A DNA stretch of 47,478 bases, from positions 310,001-357,478 of the forward strand of contig QPGO01000089.1 in the NCBI GenBank assembly GCA_008632985.1, in the 5' to 3' direction. Shown here in pieces: positions 23,301-35,645 of this stretch. Within the stretch, counting starts at the first letter, position 1; each line of letters starts with the position of its first letter. The notes under the pieces were generated by a model. That model saw nothing but the letters and a program-made list of their open reading frames with translations. It was not told the origin of the DNA and searched no databases. Source of the DNA: Psammoneis japonica (taxonomy: Eukaryota). Position numbers and translations under genes: made by a program.

Positions 23301-25652
23301 TGCCTCAAGCTCCTCCAGATCCAAAAAGTGTGGGAGTCCACGGTGGTTTTCTGACTCATTCTCAAGTTTTGAAGAACACACCTGGAGCGGTCATCCCCGG
23401 CACCATCCCAGTCTCAGAAATGTCAACTCAGTTGACTGAAATTGCTGAACTGCAATTGCTTGTTCTCAAAAACCAACAGGAGCAAGAAAAGCATTTTGAA
23501 GCTCTGGAAAAGAAGCGTCAAGAGTCCATTTCTCTTCTTTCTGTCCAGCTGCAAAACACCTGTGCTGCTCAGCTGCACAAACTGCTCTGGCCACTCAGGT
23601 GCAGAAAATGACTCAAGAGACCTTTGCTTCAGCAGTTCACAATGATCCAACCTCTCGTCCTCAATGGAAAAAGCCGGCTTCATCAGCACCCGCCGGGGCT
23701 TCAGCACACAACCCTCCCAAAGACACTTCCATGACCGAAGCAGACAGTTCGGATTTTCTGTGAGGCAGGCCCAGTTGTCTCACACCTGCCTGTCTCTTCC
23801 ATGACACAGATGCAAGCCCTTTTTCCCAGTCTTCCTTCAAGGAAGCATGGCCTCAAAATGAGGGGTGACACCCCTTCATCCACAGCTGGTCCCGCTGCCC
23901 AGTGGTGGACCCAGTTGTTGTCAGGTGGAAGTCACGCACCTCCCTCCAGTGCCATCAACCACACCAAACTGTCGTCAAATGAACCAACATGGAGGCAACT
24001 TTAACAAGTGCACCCAAGCAGCCACCAAAATTCAGGCCAGCACAATTAGAGCATCAGAGACATGTCTTGACACTGCACAATTTCAAGTTTGTCACACCTG
24101 CACCTCAGTGGTGAAATGCTCTTCACACCATGGGAAACTCACTTGCTTGTCCTCAAAGACTGCCTTCTCCATCCCGCACAAACCAGGTGGGACAGAGCTC
24201 ACACCATGCAGCTCTCTCTCTCTCTGCAAGGTGCTGAACTCAACTTGAAGACCCCCTTGGATGCTGCTGGTCAATGCAGATTTTTTGCGGGAAACGCGGT
24301 TGACAAGTTGTGTTTGTTTTGTGTTGCCCAGTTTGTTTTGACTCTTTGTCACTGGCAGGCAAGACAACCACATGTGCTCAGCAAAGGGCTTCACTCCATC
24401 AGCAAGGCCGCGTAAATCCAGACCCTCTTTGCACCTTTTGCACCAATCTGACTCTCATTGTTGAATGGTCCTTGGATGACCCAAACCAAGAAGCGATTTT
24501 TTTTGGAGTTTTTCACGCAGATTTCTGCCACAACTTCGACACACTGGCTTCCATGGCCCAACAATTTAACATGTTGGATGTCATGCACCACCAACATGAA
24601 GATCTTGACTTTTTGACTCATGCATTTGAGGTTCTTGATGCCTTGATTACATCCCGGTGACTCCTGGTGCTTCAGCCACTGTGCAACTCTGCAGATGTGA
24701 ATCTTTTGGCTGCAGAATGTTGTGAGATCACCGCAGCTGCTTTGTTTGGAAACCCTTCAGTTGATCTGCCAAAATTCCAGTTCTGAGATCTTCAAGCATC
24801 TTTGCCCAAACTTGTGACTGCATGTCTTGAAGCAATGGATTCTTTGATTGCAAGTCAAAACATCCTTGCCAGAACAGAAGCCCTCCTTCATTCAGAGGCC
24901 CCAGACCATCATCTTGCTGAGAGATTGGACCAAGACATGCTCCAGTTGTTGCTGTCAGCAGCTGACAAATGCAAATGATGCAAAGACCCAGAGTGGTCAG
25001 CCAAGCCAGCCAAGCTTTGGAAGCAAGTGTTCATGTCATCGCGGATGGTGGCTGTGTTCTGCAACAGAAAGGACATGGTCCCCTCCACTCTCCAAGCTGA
25101 GTGCAGACAGTCAACTTTGTTCCTTCTCCCTGCAATGATTAAAGAATGTACAACGGCCTTGCTTTTGGCCTGTCCGGAGTGTTGCCAGGTTGCAAAGGAG
25201 AGTCAGAAACATTGAGGCACGGAACGTGACACAAGAGAATTGCCAAATTAGAACTCAAAGGCACCAAACAGTCCAAGGCTCAGGCAGAAATTCTTCACAA
25301 TTTATGCTGTGTGGAAGAAACAAAGCAAGTCTTTAGAAAAATCAATGCCTGCAAAAGAAGTGGGAAGACTCTGGCACATTGTTCAGAGATCACAGAGTGA
25401 CAGGGCTGTGTTGCTTGGCATGTTGGCATTAAAGTCAATGAGTGCACATTAAATCACACACATCCAGGAGCAACAAGCATGAAATGCACCAATCAGGATG
25501 GTGAAATTAAACAAAAACATTCCACCCCCAAAACCAGTGGATGTCGATTTCAACATGAAGGGGGGTCAGCAAACATTTGCGTGCATGCACACACCATGAG
25601 ATGGTGGGGTTTGATGACACTGGTGACTTGTGGCCCCTTCTGCGGGTCTCTG

Positions 25653-26670
25653 ATGTGATCTTGCACATTGGCTTGCAAGTTGACTTGCCCAAAACAATTG
25701 TGTTGCCTGCCACATGCTGCTTTCACCACCTGGCTCACATCGTTGATTTTTGCTTCTCATGCATCTCCGCTGCTCCCTGTGTTTGCAACATGAACAACAA
25801 CACCTCAGTTCACTGCAGGAAATGATTGCCCCATGCTTGGCAAACATTTCCTTCCAGCTGGTCTTCAACATCACCTCAGAACTTGTTTGCCTTGCAACCT
25901 TGCAAACTCTCCTTTTTTTCAACACATTTGTGGTGTTTCTGGCAACAAATCAACAGACTCTCATTGCACAGAGCTGCCAATGGGAGAATCTGAAGAACCC
26001 AGTGAAGCCATTGCCTCTTCTGCCTTTNACGCCCCCCCCCCCCCCCCCCCTCCTGCTGAAATGGCTGCAACAGGAGTTGGTTTGTCTCATTCCAGCACCA
26101 CCGCGCCCACTCCACAGGCTCATTTGTGACACAGCCCCCAGGCCATTGAGACCCAACATTGCTGTTGTGCAGGCACAAGAGTCATGCCCTTCTCATGACA
26201 CTGCCATTTGGCCAGGTGCCAATGATGTCTCAGAACACCAGCACCCAGACAACAGAGAAGAATTTGTTTCTGCTTCATTTGATGGTGGTGTGTCTTCTTT
26301 TGTTGCCAAGGGGCTTGCTGCTGTTGTTGATTTGGGCTCTTTTGCCACACTGGATTGAGTTGAGTCCTTTTCTCCTGACAAAGATCTCATTGTCCTTGAA
26401 GTTTGTAACAGCAAAACCATCTCCATGGCTGGCATGTTGGAAAACTGTGTTGCTCCAAGGGTGCCCCAATTGAGTGTGCAGCTGAGGAACTTCTCAGAAA
26501 TGTGCAAGAGGAGTGCTTGTGTGGTGGGTTGTCCACCAACTGACAAATCTCCTGTTCTCGCACTTTCATTTCAAAGCTTCTTGGGTCCATGTTGCTCAGC
26601 ATTGTCGCTGCATGGCAGGTGGCAAGATTGTTTTGGATGAGTCAACTTGCAAGTCAATGTGCAAGAACAT
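25653..26670. mobile_element. ~1-kb degenerate TIR element
   Basis: tcttgcacattggcttgcaagttgacttgcccaaaacaat...cctgcca (25659-25712) is inverted at 26613-26666 (tggcagg...attgttttggatgagtcaacttgcaagtcaatgtgcaaga). Confidence 0.6.
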
Positions 26671-27099
26671 GCCATGAATTGATGCACAAGATTTGTTGTC
26701 TCCACACTGGTCTGACAGGCTTGCATCAAGCAATTGACAATTTAAGACAAATCCAGCTGGTCACAACAACAGACATTTTGTCATGCTGGCGTGCATCTTG
26801 GATTTGTGCACAACCAAATGTGCACGTCAGCACCATGCTCATCATGCAGCTTGTCCCCCCCAATGCTGTTGTGGGGTGCATTGGCCTGGGCTGTCAACTG
26901 GCAATGAAGAGCATGATTGTCATCATGTTCCATCACGACAATGATCTTTTGTGATGCAATGGATGGTGCAAGTGAAGAGTGAAAGCAGCGCACCTGCTCA
27001 CATTCACAAACACTGATGGTTCATTGAGAGAATTGGCTGATGTCTTTGGCGCATGCCAGCACACAACAATTCCTCCCTTTGCACTGAAGCATCAGTGAG

Positions 27100-27420
27100 A
27101 GGCCCCCCCATTTCACTGGGGGTGTGAGTTCCAGGCATGAAAGACTTTCCAAGACCTCCTGGGTTGGCTTGTGTGAATCAAAGACTGGCGCAACACCTTG
27201 CAGAGACAAAAGAGTCCCAATCTTTGAGTTGGGAAAGGCAACAGAGTGAGCGCCATTCTTGTCAAACTGTTGGGAAGTGCTGTGAATTGTGAGGAGCGTG
27301 TGTGTCCTCAATGGGCCCACGCTCTTCTGACACGCGGCTGGCACTGGAGAACATGACAAAATTGGGCCCCAAAGCACAAGCACAAGCACATGAGTCCAAG
27401 TCATTTGTCACTGCCTGCAA
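27100..27420 (-). mobile_element. Fragment of a second Ty1/copia element (protease-integrase linker region)
   Basis: QQFDKNGAHSVAFP...LSLQGVAPVFDSHKPTQEVLESLSCLELTPPVKW parallels MPLEAMG...TPAEQELREFPKIQMTSQQPWDP of the main copia at ~40340-40460. Confidence 0.55.
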
Positions 27421-27634
27421 AAGCAGCAGACACATCTTTCAGGAACAACCTCTGTGTCAACTGCATTCCTGTTCCAGCTCCAGCAGGTGATTGCAAGTGG
27501 TGGCAATGAGATGTGTGAATGCAACAAGGCAGGGCCCTGCTGGTGTGACCCTCATCATTGTCAACGTGAAAAATCAGAGTCATTGTCACAAGTCAAGGGC
27601 TGGCATGTGAGCTCTGGCAAGTGGAAAAATGGTT

Positions 27635-27860
27635 CCAGATTGTCCCTGTCTTCAGAACTTCTTGATTCTAGATTGTCCCAATCCAGAACTGTGCAGCTCT
27701 AGATTGTTCTGATCTGGAGCTGTTCTGATCTGGAGCTGCTCAGCTCCAGCTGGAGTGCCCCAATCTTGAGCTGTGCAATTCTGATTTGTGCCCCAATCAG
27801 CTGGAGCCACACAACTCTAGATTGTCCCATCTGCAGCTGCATTTGGCCAATCTGGAACTG
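27635..27860. repeat. Degenerate short-period repeat (agattgtccc / tctggagctg motifs)
   Basis: Repeated ctagattgtcc, gttctgatctggagctg and gtgccccaatc motifs. Confidence 0.55.
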
Positions 27861-27889
27861 TGGTCTGCCTCACAGAAGGAAGTCATTTG

Positions 27890-28300
27890 CTTGATTTAGC
27901 CAGAAATGACTGTTTCACATCATGTTGGGAAAATTGTCCAGTGGTGCAGCAGATGTCCATCAGTGTGTCAGGGCCCACAGCATGTTTGTGCGACTGTGCG
28001 TGTTGGCCTTGTGCACCACCCACTTGCTGGAAGATGGAAGGACAAGCAAGGTTGGTTTTGTTGGTGGTTTTAGTGGCCCATTGAGTGAATCTAGATGCCA
28101 GATGGGCTCAGCCACCCACAGTCTTAGTGCAATGACGTGAGTGCAACCAACGAGATGCTTCTGGGCCTGTTGCAACTGCTGAAGTTGCAAAAAGTGAGAG
28201 TGTTTCATGGCATTGAGTTGTTCCCCTCTGATGCCACATCACAGCTGCACCAGCTCAACTTTTAGAGCACAGAAGACAATCCCTGATGCTCCAGATTTCT
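27890..28300 (-). repeat. Putative 3' LTR of the copia element
   Basis: Lies just downstream of RNase H, preceded on the minus strand by a purine run (ttcaagggggaccaag). Segments recur at 41421-41750 (gagcacagaagacaatccctgatgctccagatttc; gttggccttgtgcac). Confidence 0.45.
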
Positions 28301-30531
28301 CTTGGTCCCCCTTGAAATGTTCCCAGCAGACTTGACAGGGACAATTTGATCTGGTGCTGACCCAGTGACTCCCAAACAACAACCACAATCTCTGAGCATG
28401 GTGCAAACCCTCGCTGAGGAAGAAAATTGCTTGCTCCATGCATCGAACTCAACACGTGAACTTGTCTGTCAGAAAATTCTGTCTGACAGACGACGTGACC
28501 ATTTGTGAACAGATCACTCAGGTTTGTCTCCGTTCCTTCCTTTGCAATCCCAACAGCCCCTGCAGCAACAGCTTTGCAGTTGAGGTGATGCACAATGGAG
28601 TGATGCTTCTTCTTGAGTGCAGACTCAGGAAGAGAGCAGTTGTTGTTGCAGATGGCCTTGTTGTCAAAAAGAAAATCGTCGGCCCTTTGATCAGCACACC
28701 AAACATTTGGAGTTTGTGTCACAGACCCTCTGCAATCTCAGCGGCATTCTTGAGTGCAACAATCTCAGCTCTGAATGTGCTGGCCTTCACAGCATCCTGA
28801 CGTTTTGAGCACCACATGACAGGTGCCCAATTGACAAACATCAGGACACCTGCATGGCTGCAATGATTGGCAACATTGCCAGCATGGCTGCCATCCACAA
28901 AACAATGTGTTGACACTGCACCACCTCAAGCAGGCAGTGCATTGGTTGGGATGGCTTCCATTGCATCTTGGCAGAAGTCACACCAGCCACATTTTGTGAA
29001 TCACGACTCAAATGTCATTGGATGTGAAACAGGTCAAATGCAACTTGGCACTTTGGAACCCATTTAAGATGTGCAAAGACATGCAGCACCTGTTCCAGAT
29101 GACCAATGCAAGGCAGCACAAGGTGGGCAGACATCAACGAAACTTCCAAATGTGTGTCCACTCTGCTGAGTTTTGTGGCCCAAACCAACACACCCATCAA
29201 TGCTTGGCAGCAGTTCAGTCCTTTGGCATCCAACTCACCAGTCATGTCCAACATGGGTTTGTGCCCACTGCCCAGCAGGGTTGTTGCCTCACCAGCAGGC
29301 AAATGTTTCCCTTCCTCCTTGCCAAGTCCATCCTCAATGTTCTGAACAGTGGCTTTGCAGTGCTTTTCTGCAGAAGTTGCCCAACAGGTGGTCCCGTTGG
29401 TCAGAGTCATCTTTGACAGTGTGGTGCTGAGGCAAGAATCTGGCGCAGCTGCCCTGTCATCTTTGAGCTTGAACTTGGACCTGATGCCATCCATTGTGTC
29501 TTCATGGGTTCATGACTGATCAACAGCACATTGTCAACACAAACCAGAATGTGTTTGCAGCACTCAAATCCACCGGGTTTCACTGCAGGTCTCATCCATG
29601 CATCCGGATCGGCCTTGCTTGGTTTGCACCCTGGATCACACAGCTTTTCTGCCAGAAATGCTCTGAGTGCTGCTTCAGAACTCTTCAATCTGCAAAGAGC
29701 CCCAACCACAATCATGATGCAGCTTTCATCCTTGCCAAATTTGGAACCTGCATGGGTCCAAATCTTCTTCCTGCAAGGGGCAGCAAGGTGAGCATTCTGG
29801 ATGTCACACACAAAAACTTGCAAGCCGTTGAGTGTGGCAAGCATGAGTGCAATTCTTGCCAAATCCCAAGAGATGACAGAAGAGGAGGTGATGTGTGCAG
29901 GGGGTGCAGCAGTGTGGCTTCCTGCTGCCATGCGAGCTTTGCGGCGGAAGTTTTCTCCCATCTTGATGTCAAAAATCACATGGCACTTCACTTCCTGGAA
30001 CCCAGGTGCCATGTCATCAAGCTCCCCTTGTGCTTTTCAAACACAACCTGTGCATTCTTCATCTGCATGCAAGTGGGCATCCCACCAGAGGGTGTTGCTG
30101 TTTGCATGATCAATCTGAATTGCCTCCTTGACGCTCTTTGGAAACCAAGTGCCAAGCTCATGTGTCCAAAGCCAGCACTTTGACTTGACCTTTGCAATGG
30201 AATGCTTGTGGGTTCTCATGACATGAGGGACCCACCAAGCAAATGCTGCCTCTTTTGAGATCCTGCATCAAATGGCAAACTTGGCAACTTGCACAGGAAA
30301 ACTCTCTTTGGCACCCTTCAAGTCGATCCAAGTTGTGCTTCGATCCTTCTGTTGGAGCAAAAATTCCCATCCTTTGGCAGACTTGCGCCTCTTCTGAATG
30401 CCCTGCTCAGTCTCAAAGAACACAGATTCAGGAATGTCCCCATTTGTGCAGCAATCTGCTGTCTCGTCAAATGGGACATGCTGACTCCTGTCCTTGTCAA
30501 TCTGTGCAAATGTGCTCATGATGGCAGCGGA

Positions 30532-30927
30532 GACGCGTTCCAGACGCAGGTGGGAATCCGTGTGACATTGGGCCCGTAGACTTCTACGTGCGAGCTCCGT
30601 ATTAAAATTATACGGTAATTAAAATGTCAATGATCGCCAACAGAAAATGAGGCAATTTTGCGAACGCACAAACTCGCACATGATTGAAGTACATCATTTT
30701 TTACTTAGCCAGTTACATTCTTCAGACATTGAAGAATTTAACTGGCGCATTGTTGTTTCTATAAATTTGTTATATAAAACGTCTGGGGCTTCGCAAAACA
30801 GCGAGTCTGGACAATTTTTTTTAAATGTCACACGTAGAAATCTACGTACGAAACATACGACGGATGATAAAAATTATTGTTGTCACACGTCAGCACTACG
30901 AGCTCCCACCTAGGGCTGGAACGCGTC
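30532..30927. mobile_element. ~396-bp MITE, GAC...GTC termini, 4-bp TSD CGGA (young, unmutated copy inserted in copia pol)
   Basis: gacgcgttccagacgcaggtggga ... tcccacctagggctggaacgcgtc. CGGA at 30528-30531 and 30928-30931. TA- and CG-rich interior. Confidence 0.92.
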
Positions 30928-31683
30928 CGGAGTTGGCAGAGAGCGCTGTGTGGTGCCTGGTGCCCATCAGGGTGCTCTGCCTCACACATCCTTGTGTCAA
31001 GCCTGTCAGAATGCTGCTGGCATCTCTCAACCTCTTCATGACACAAGCAAACTTGGGGCCATCATCATCTCTTGTGAGAGCCACTTCCATGTTCAGACAC
31101 CCCCAGTCAGCTGCCTCCAGCGAGGCTTCCTTGTCCTTCTTCTCATTGTCGTCATTGGCTGCCTCCTCTGAGGACATGACATGATCACACTCATCAAGGA
31201 ATTCATTGTTGCACCCAAGGCAGTCTTTCCAGTCCTCAGGGCTGATCTTGCGGTCCTCGTTGTGTCAGGGAAATCTTGTTCCCTTGACTGGCACTTGATC
31301 TCCTCATCACAGCTGTCGAACTTTGCCTTGTTCTCTTGTGCAGTGGCTTCTAGATTGGTGACCCATTGAACGGAGGTCCTCAAAATGACACTTCCTGTCT
31401 GTGTTGAAATGCAGTGCGACACATGAGACTCCCTGTTCTGTGAGGTGCGCCAAGCCACCTGCCAAGCTTCTTGTCGCCAAGACCCGTGTTCTCCCTGTGC
31501 CAGACCCAATCACAAAATCCAAAGTCATGGTGCTCTGAGATGCCCACAGTCTCCCCAAGGATGTTCTCCAGCCTTGGTCCAGCATCTGAATGATGTGCTC
31601 TTGGGAACGTGCAAGACATGGTTTCACAGGCCCGTGCAAATCAGCAGTCCCACAGTCGCCGTGGTGCTTGCTTCTTGACCATG

Positions 31684-34600
31684 GACGGGTTCCAGTCCCA
31701 GGAACACTGACGAAAATGTCGCCAACACGGAAAACTGAGACATTTTGCACTGTCTTGCGACAATCAAGAAACAATGCATTCTCTCCAGCTCGGCAGATCC
31801 ACATGCTTGACTCCGCAGAAAAATCATTTGTCGCCAGTTTGATGAGACATTTCCAAAAATGTCGCCAAAATTGCCAGTGGCACTCAAGCAACTGGTTCAC
31901 ACAACATGTCATGCTTTTAACACATGTGTGAGTTTTAGCGAAGGAAGACACATGGAGACAACGTGAGACAAAGTGAGACAATTTGAGACAAAGTGAGACA
32001 ACTTGAGACAAAGTGAGACAAATTGAGACAACTTGAGACAAAGTGAGACAAAGTGAGACAAATTGAGACAAAGTGAGACAACGTGAGACAAAGTGAGACA
32101 TTGTTGGCGATTGGCGATCAATGCAATGGCCAATGGTCGTGCCACACTCCTCGCTGTGAGCACTGAGCTGGCAGCCACCTTGCTGCTCTGCTCTCTGGCA
32201 GAGTGGCTGCTGTTTTGCTCCAGCTGCTATCTGCCACTGGAGCAGAAAGTGGCTAGAGTGGCAGTGGCAGTTGGCACAGCAGCGGGCAGGCAGTGGGACT
32301 GGCACTGCACCGCACCGACCGGGCGGCAGTCGCAGTCGTACTGCCGCTTGTTCATCGTTGCTCAAATGACATGAAAAACATCTGCACACAAATTAATGAT
32401 TGTCTTGCTTTGTCTCAATTTGTCTCACTTTGTCTCAATTTGTCTCACTTTGTCTCAAGTTGTCTCACTTTGTCTCACTTTGTCTCAATTTGTCTCACTT
32501 TGTCTCGCGTTGTCTCCATGTGTCTTCCTTTGCTAAAACATCACACATGCACCAATTTGCATTGCATTGCATTTTTTCATTGTCGGAAATGTCTCATTGA
32601 ACTGGCGACAAATGATTGTTCCAGCATGTGTGCAGATCTACCGAGCTGAAGAGAATGCATTGTTTCTTGATTGTCGCAAGACAATAAAAAATGTCTCAGT
32701 TTTCCGTTTTGGCGACATTTTCGTCAGTGTTCCAGGTGGGAGTTTTTGTGACATTTGCCCCACAGAATTCTGCGTGCGAGCTCTGTAGTTCGCACTCTGA
32801 TTGATGCATGTGTTCATCTTCGACATAAAACAAACGGCCAAGTTTGTAGCACATGTGTCTCTGTTTGCACCAGTGTTTCCCGAATGTGCATTTTGGGTCG
32901 GACCAAATTGGCATTTTGGTCGAACCAAAATGCTTTTGTCGACCAAATTGCCGGACCGACCAAATCAATTTGGACGACCAAATTGACATTTGCGAAATCT
33001 CGACCAAATTGATTTCAGGCACATTTCTGCACAAACAACACCAACGCAGCTTCTACGAAATTTTTGCACAGCATGCCAACATGCGCGTTTTCCAACAGAA
33101 TCTTCCCGTGAAAGCACGCCAAATTCCCCCGACCAAAATGACATTTTCGGGGAAACAAAATCATTTTGGTTGCAAGCATCAAATTTGTCAACAAATTCGG
33201 TTTGACCAAAATGCCCAACAGGAATCATTCGAAAATGTCGCGTGTGGGTCATCTCGCACACGTGTGCGCGGTTGTTAAACTGTGCAGGCATGCGCATGTG
33301 TGCGAGGTGTGAGTGGAACATGCGCAGAATTGCTGCTGAGTGAGTTGACATGCAGTGGATTTTCCGCCGGTGCACAACCTGCGTGGTCTGCACAAAAGAT
33401 GAGTTTGTGCTGGTCTCTGAAGCTTTCGCATGTCACAAAATTGTGTTGTGCTTTTAACAGACACATGCAGCAATTCAAAAATCTTGCAGAACACCCCGAA
33501 AGAACTCTGGAATCTGCACAAAAAAATTTCCATTTAACGGTGCGAACAGAGTTGTCGCGAAGCGCTTCTCAAAACAACTTCAGATTGAACACAGTGAAAC
33601 ATCGACTGTTGGCAAAACAGAGTCACCATCGGACAAATAGATCCCGTGTTCTTCGCGCGCAAACAACGCGACAACGCACAACAACGCCATGGCGAGAAAC
33701 GCAAATGCCACCCCCCCATCTACAAGCTGGGAATGCGAGATGCTGTTGAAGTGGTTGGACAATGTGCATGCGCTGCATTCATGGGTCAAGTTGGGTTTCT
33801 TCTCACTGCTTGTTGTTGTGTCATTTTACAACGTTTTGACCCACACCGTGTTCTTTGCTTTGTTGCTTTCTGCTCGCGCGCCACCAACAGCTCTTCCTGC
33901 AGGGTGTGGCCAGTTGCACGGCTGCATTGAACCCAAACGTGCGTGACCAACTGGCCCCACCCTGGCTGACTCATGACTGACATTTTGCACAAGGAAAAAC
34001 ACAAAATCGTGTGGAAATGTGCACAATGTCATGCGAGAGAGTGATTGGAGCTAACAACTTTTCGGGAACTGAGCTGAAATGCCATCTGGTTGACGGCATT
34101 GGCCTTCACCATGTGAATCAAAATGCCGTCAATCAGATGGCATTTCAATTGATTTCCCGAGAAGTTGACATTCGCACTCAGATGGATGGACAGACTGACA
34201 TTAATTGTTTTCAGCACTCTCCTGCAAGCAAAAAAAGGTCTGTCCTCTGCCTTTTGGCATCTGTGTAAAAGTCGATTTTGTTTCCAAAATCGATGGTTTT
34301 TTCACCATGTGACGCTTCCCACGTCTTCTGACATTGTCAATTGACATGCCCCCCCATGCCTGCATTTGCCAGGTTCACGGTTCTGAACACCATTGCTGCT
34401 GGTGCAAGAAGGGCCTTTTTTTGCTCCAAGAGGACAGACCGGTCATCAGCAGAGTTCTGCGTGGCAATGTGCCGAGAAATTTACACAGATTTTTTTTGCA
34501 TCCGACGTCAAACGCTTTGCCATTGTCTCTCACAACGGCAGCATGGTGAGTCCACAATGCACACTCTTGTCGAACAACATGGGCCCACAAGCTCTCATTC

Positions 34601-35184
34601 ATTGTTGTTTTGCCTTGTTGCTCGCATTGTGCATGCAGGTGTTTGTCACCAGTTGCACTGACATGGTGCAGCCACTTGTTGTCATCGGTGGAGAAACCAA
34701 CGAAAGGCTGTGGCGACAGCAATGTCATGCTGGACTCCAGCAAATTCATGAGCTGGATGTCCTGCCGGTGTGCAAGTTTGGTGATGCAATGATTCTGTCA
34801 AAAAGAAAAAGGCAGGAATGCATGGTGCAGGTGCATTGTTTGACATGCATGGCTCGCCAATTGTGGGGTTGTGGGTGGTGCTGATGCATCTGAAAGCTTT
34901 TCTTCGACACACAATCACATCCTCCAAATTCTCTGGGTGCTGCCATGTGATCTTTGAATGGGTTTCCTTCCCACTTGGACATTTCATCAATTTTCTTCTG
35001 GTGGGAAAAGGCGATGGATTTGCTGGTGTGCTCAATGCCGCCGTCTTCAAATGGCAAGTTCATTTGAGAAGCCTTGCATGCCAGACGTGCCAATGTCTTT
35101 GTCTTGCATGTGTCAGGTTGCACTGCCTTTGGGACATGCTCCCGATCAAATGGGAACTCCCAAAAATGCAGGCTGGCCTGGACC
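31684..35184. mobile_element. Right-truncated copy of the long GAC-terminus DNA transposon
   Basis: Left terminus gacgggttccagtcccagg(...)tgggag after CATG. No right terminus before the duplication junction. Confidence 0.75.
31702..32732. mobile_element. Foldback-type element (~1.03 kb) with long TIRs and 10-bp tandem arrays, copy 1
   Basis: gaacactgacgaaaatgtcgccaa...ttggcgacattttcgtcagtgttc. (gagacaaagt)n at ~31955-32100 is mirrored by (actttgtctc)n at ~32400-32520. Inserted into the ccagg of the GAC-element terminus. Confidence 0.9.
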
Positions 35185-35645
35185 CAGTCTTTCCAGTCCT
35201 CGGGGCTGATCTTACGGTCCTCGTTGTCAGGGAAATCTTGTTCCCTTGACTGGTGCTTGATCTCCTCATCACAGCTGTCGAACTTTGCCTTGTTCTCTTG
35301 TGCAGTGGCTTCTAGATTGGTGGCCCATTGAACGGAGGTCCTCAAAATGACACTTCCTGTCTGTGTTGAAATGCAGTGCGACACATGAGACTCCCTGTTC
35401 TGTGAGGTGCGCCAAGCCACCTGCCAAGCTTCTTGTCGCCAAGACCCGTGTTCTCCCTGTGCCAGACCGAATCATAAAATCCAAAGTCATGGTGCTCTGA
35501 GATGCCCACAGTCTCCCCAAGGATGTTCTCCAGCCTTGGCCCAGCATCTGAATGGTGTGCTCTTGGGAACGTGCAAGACATGGTTTCACAGGCCCGTGCA
35601 AATCAGCAGTCCCACAGTCGCCGTGGTGCTTGCTTCTTGACCATG

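Noticed and set aside
26028..26050. Poly-C run with an N (another poly-C at ~5297-5313)
   Set aside because: Homopolymer with assembly uncertainty; no supportable feature.
31955..32520. Regular short repeats (gagacaaagt)n resembling a CRISPR or telomeric array
   Set aside because: Contiguous 10-bp units with no unique spacers, mirrored in inverted orientation within foldback TIRs. Eukaryotic context and no cas genes.
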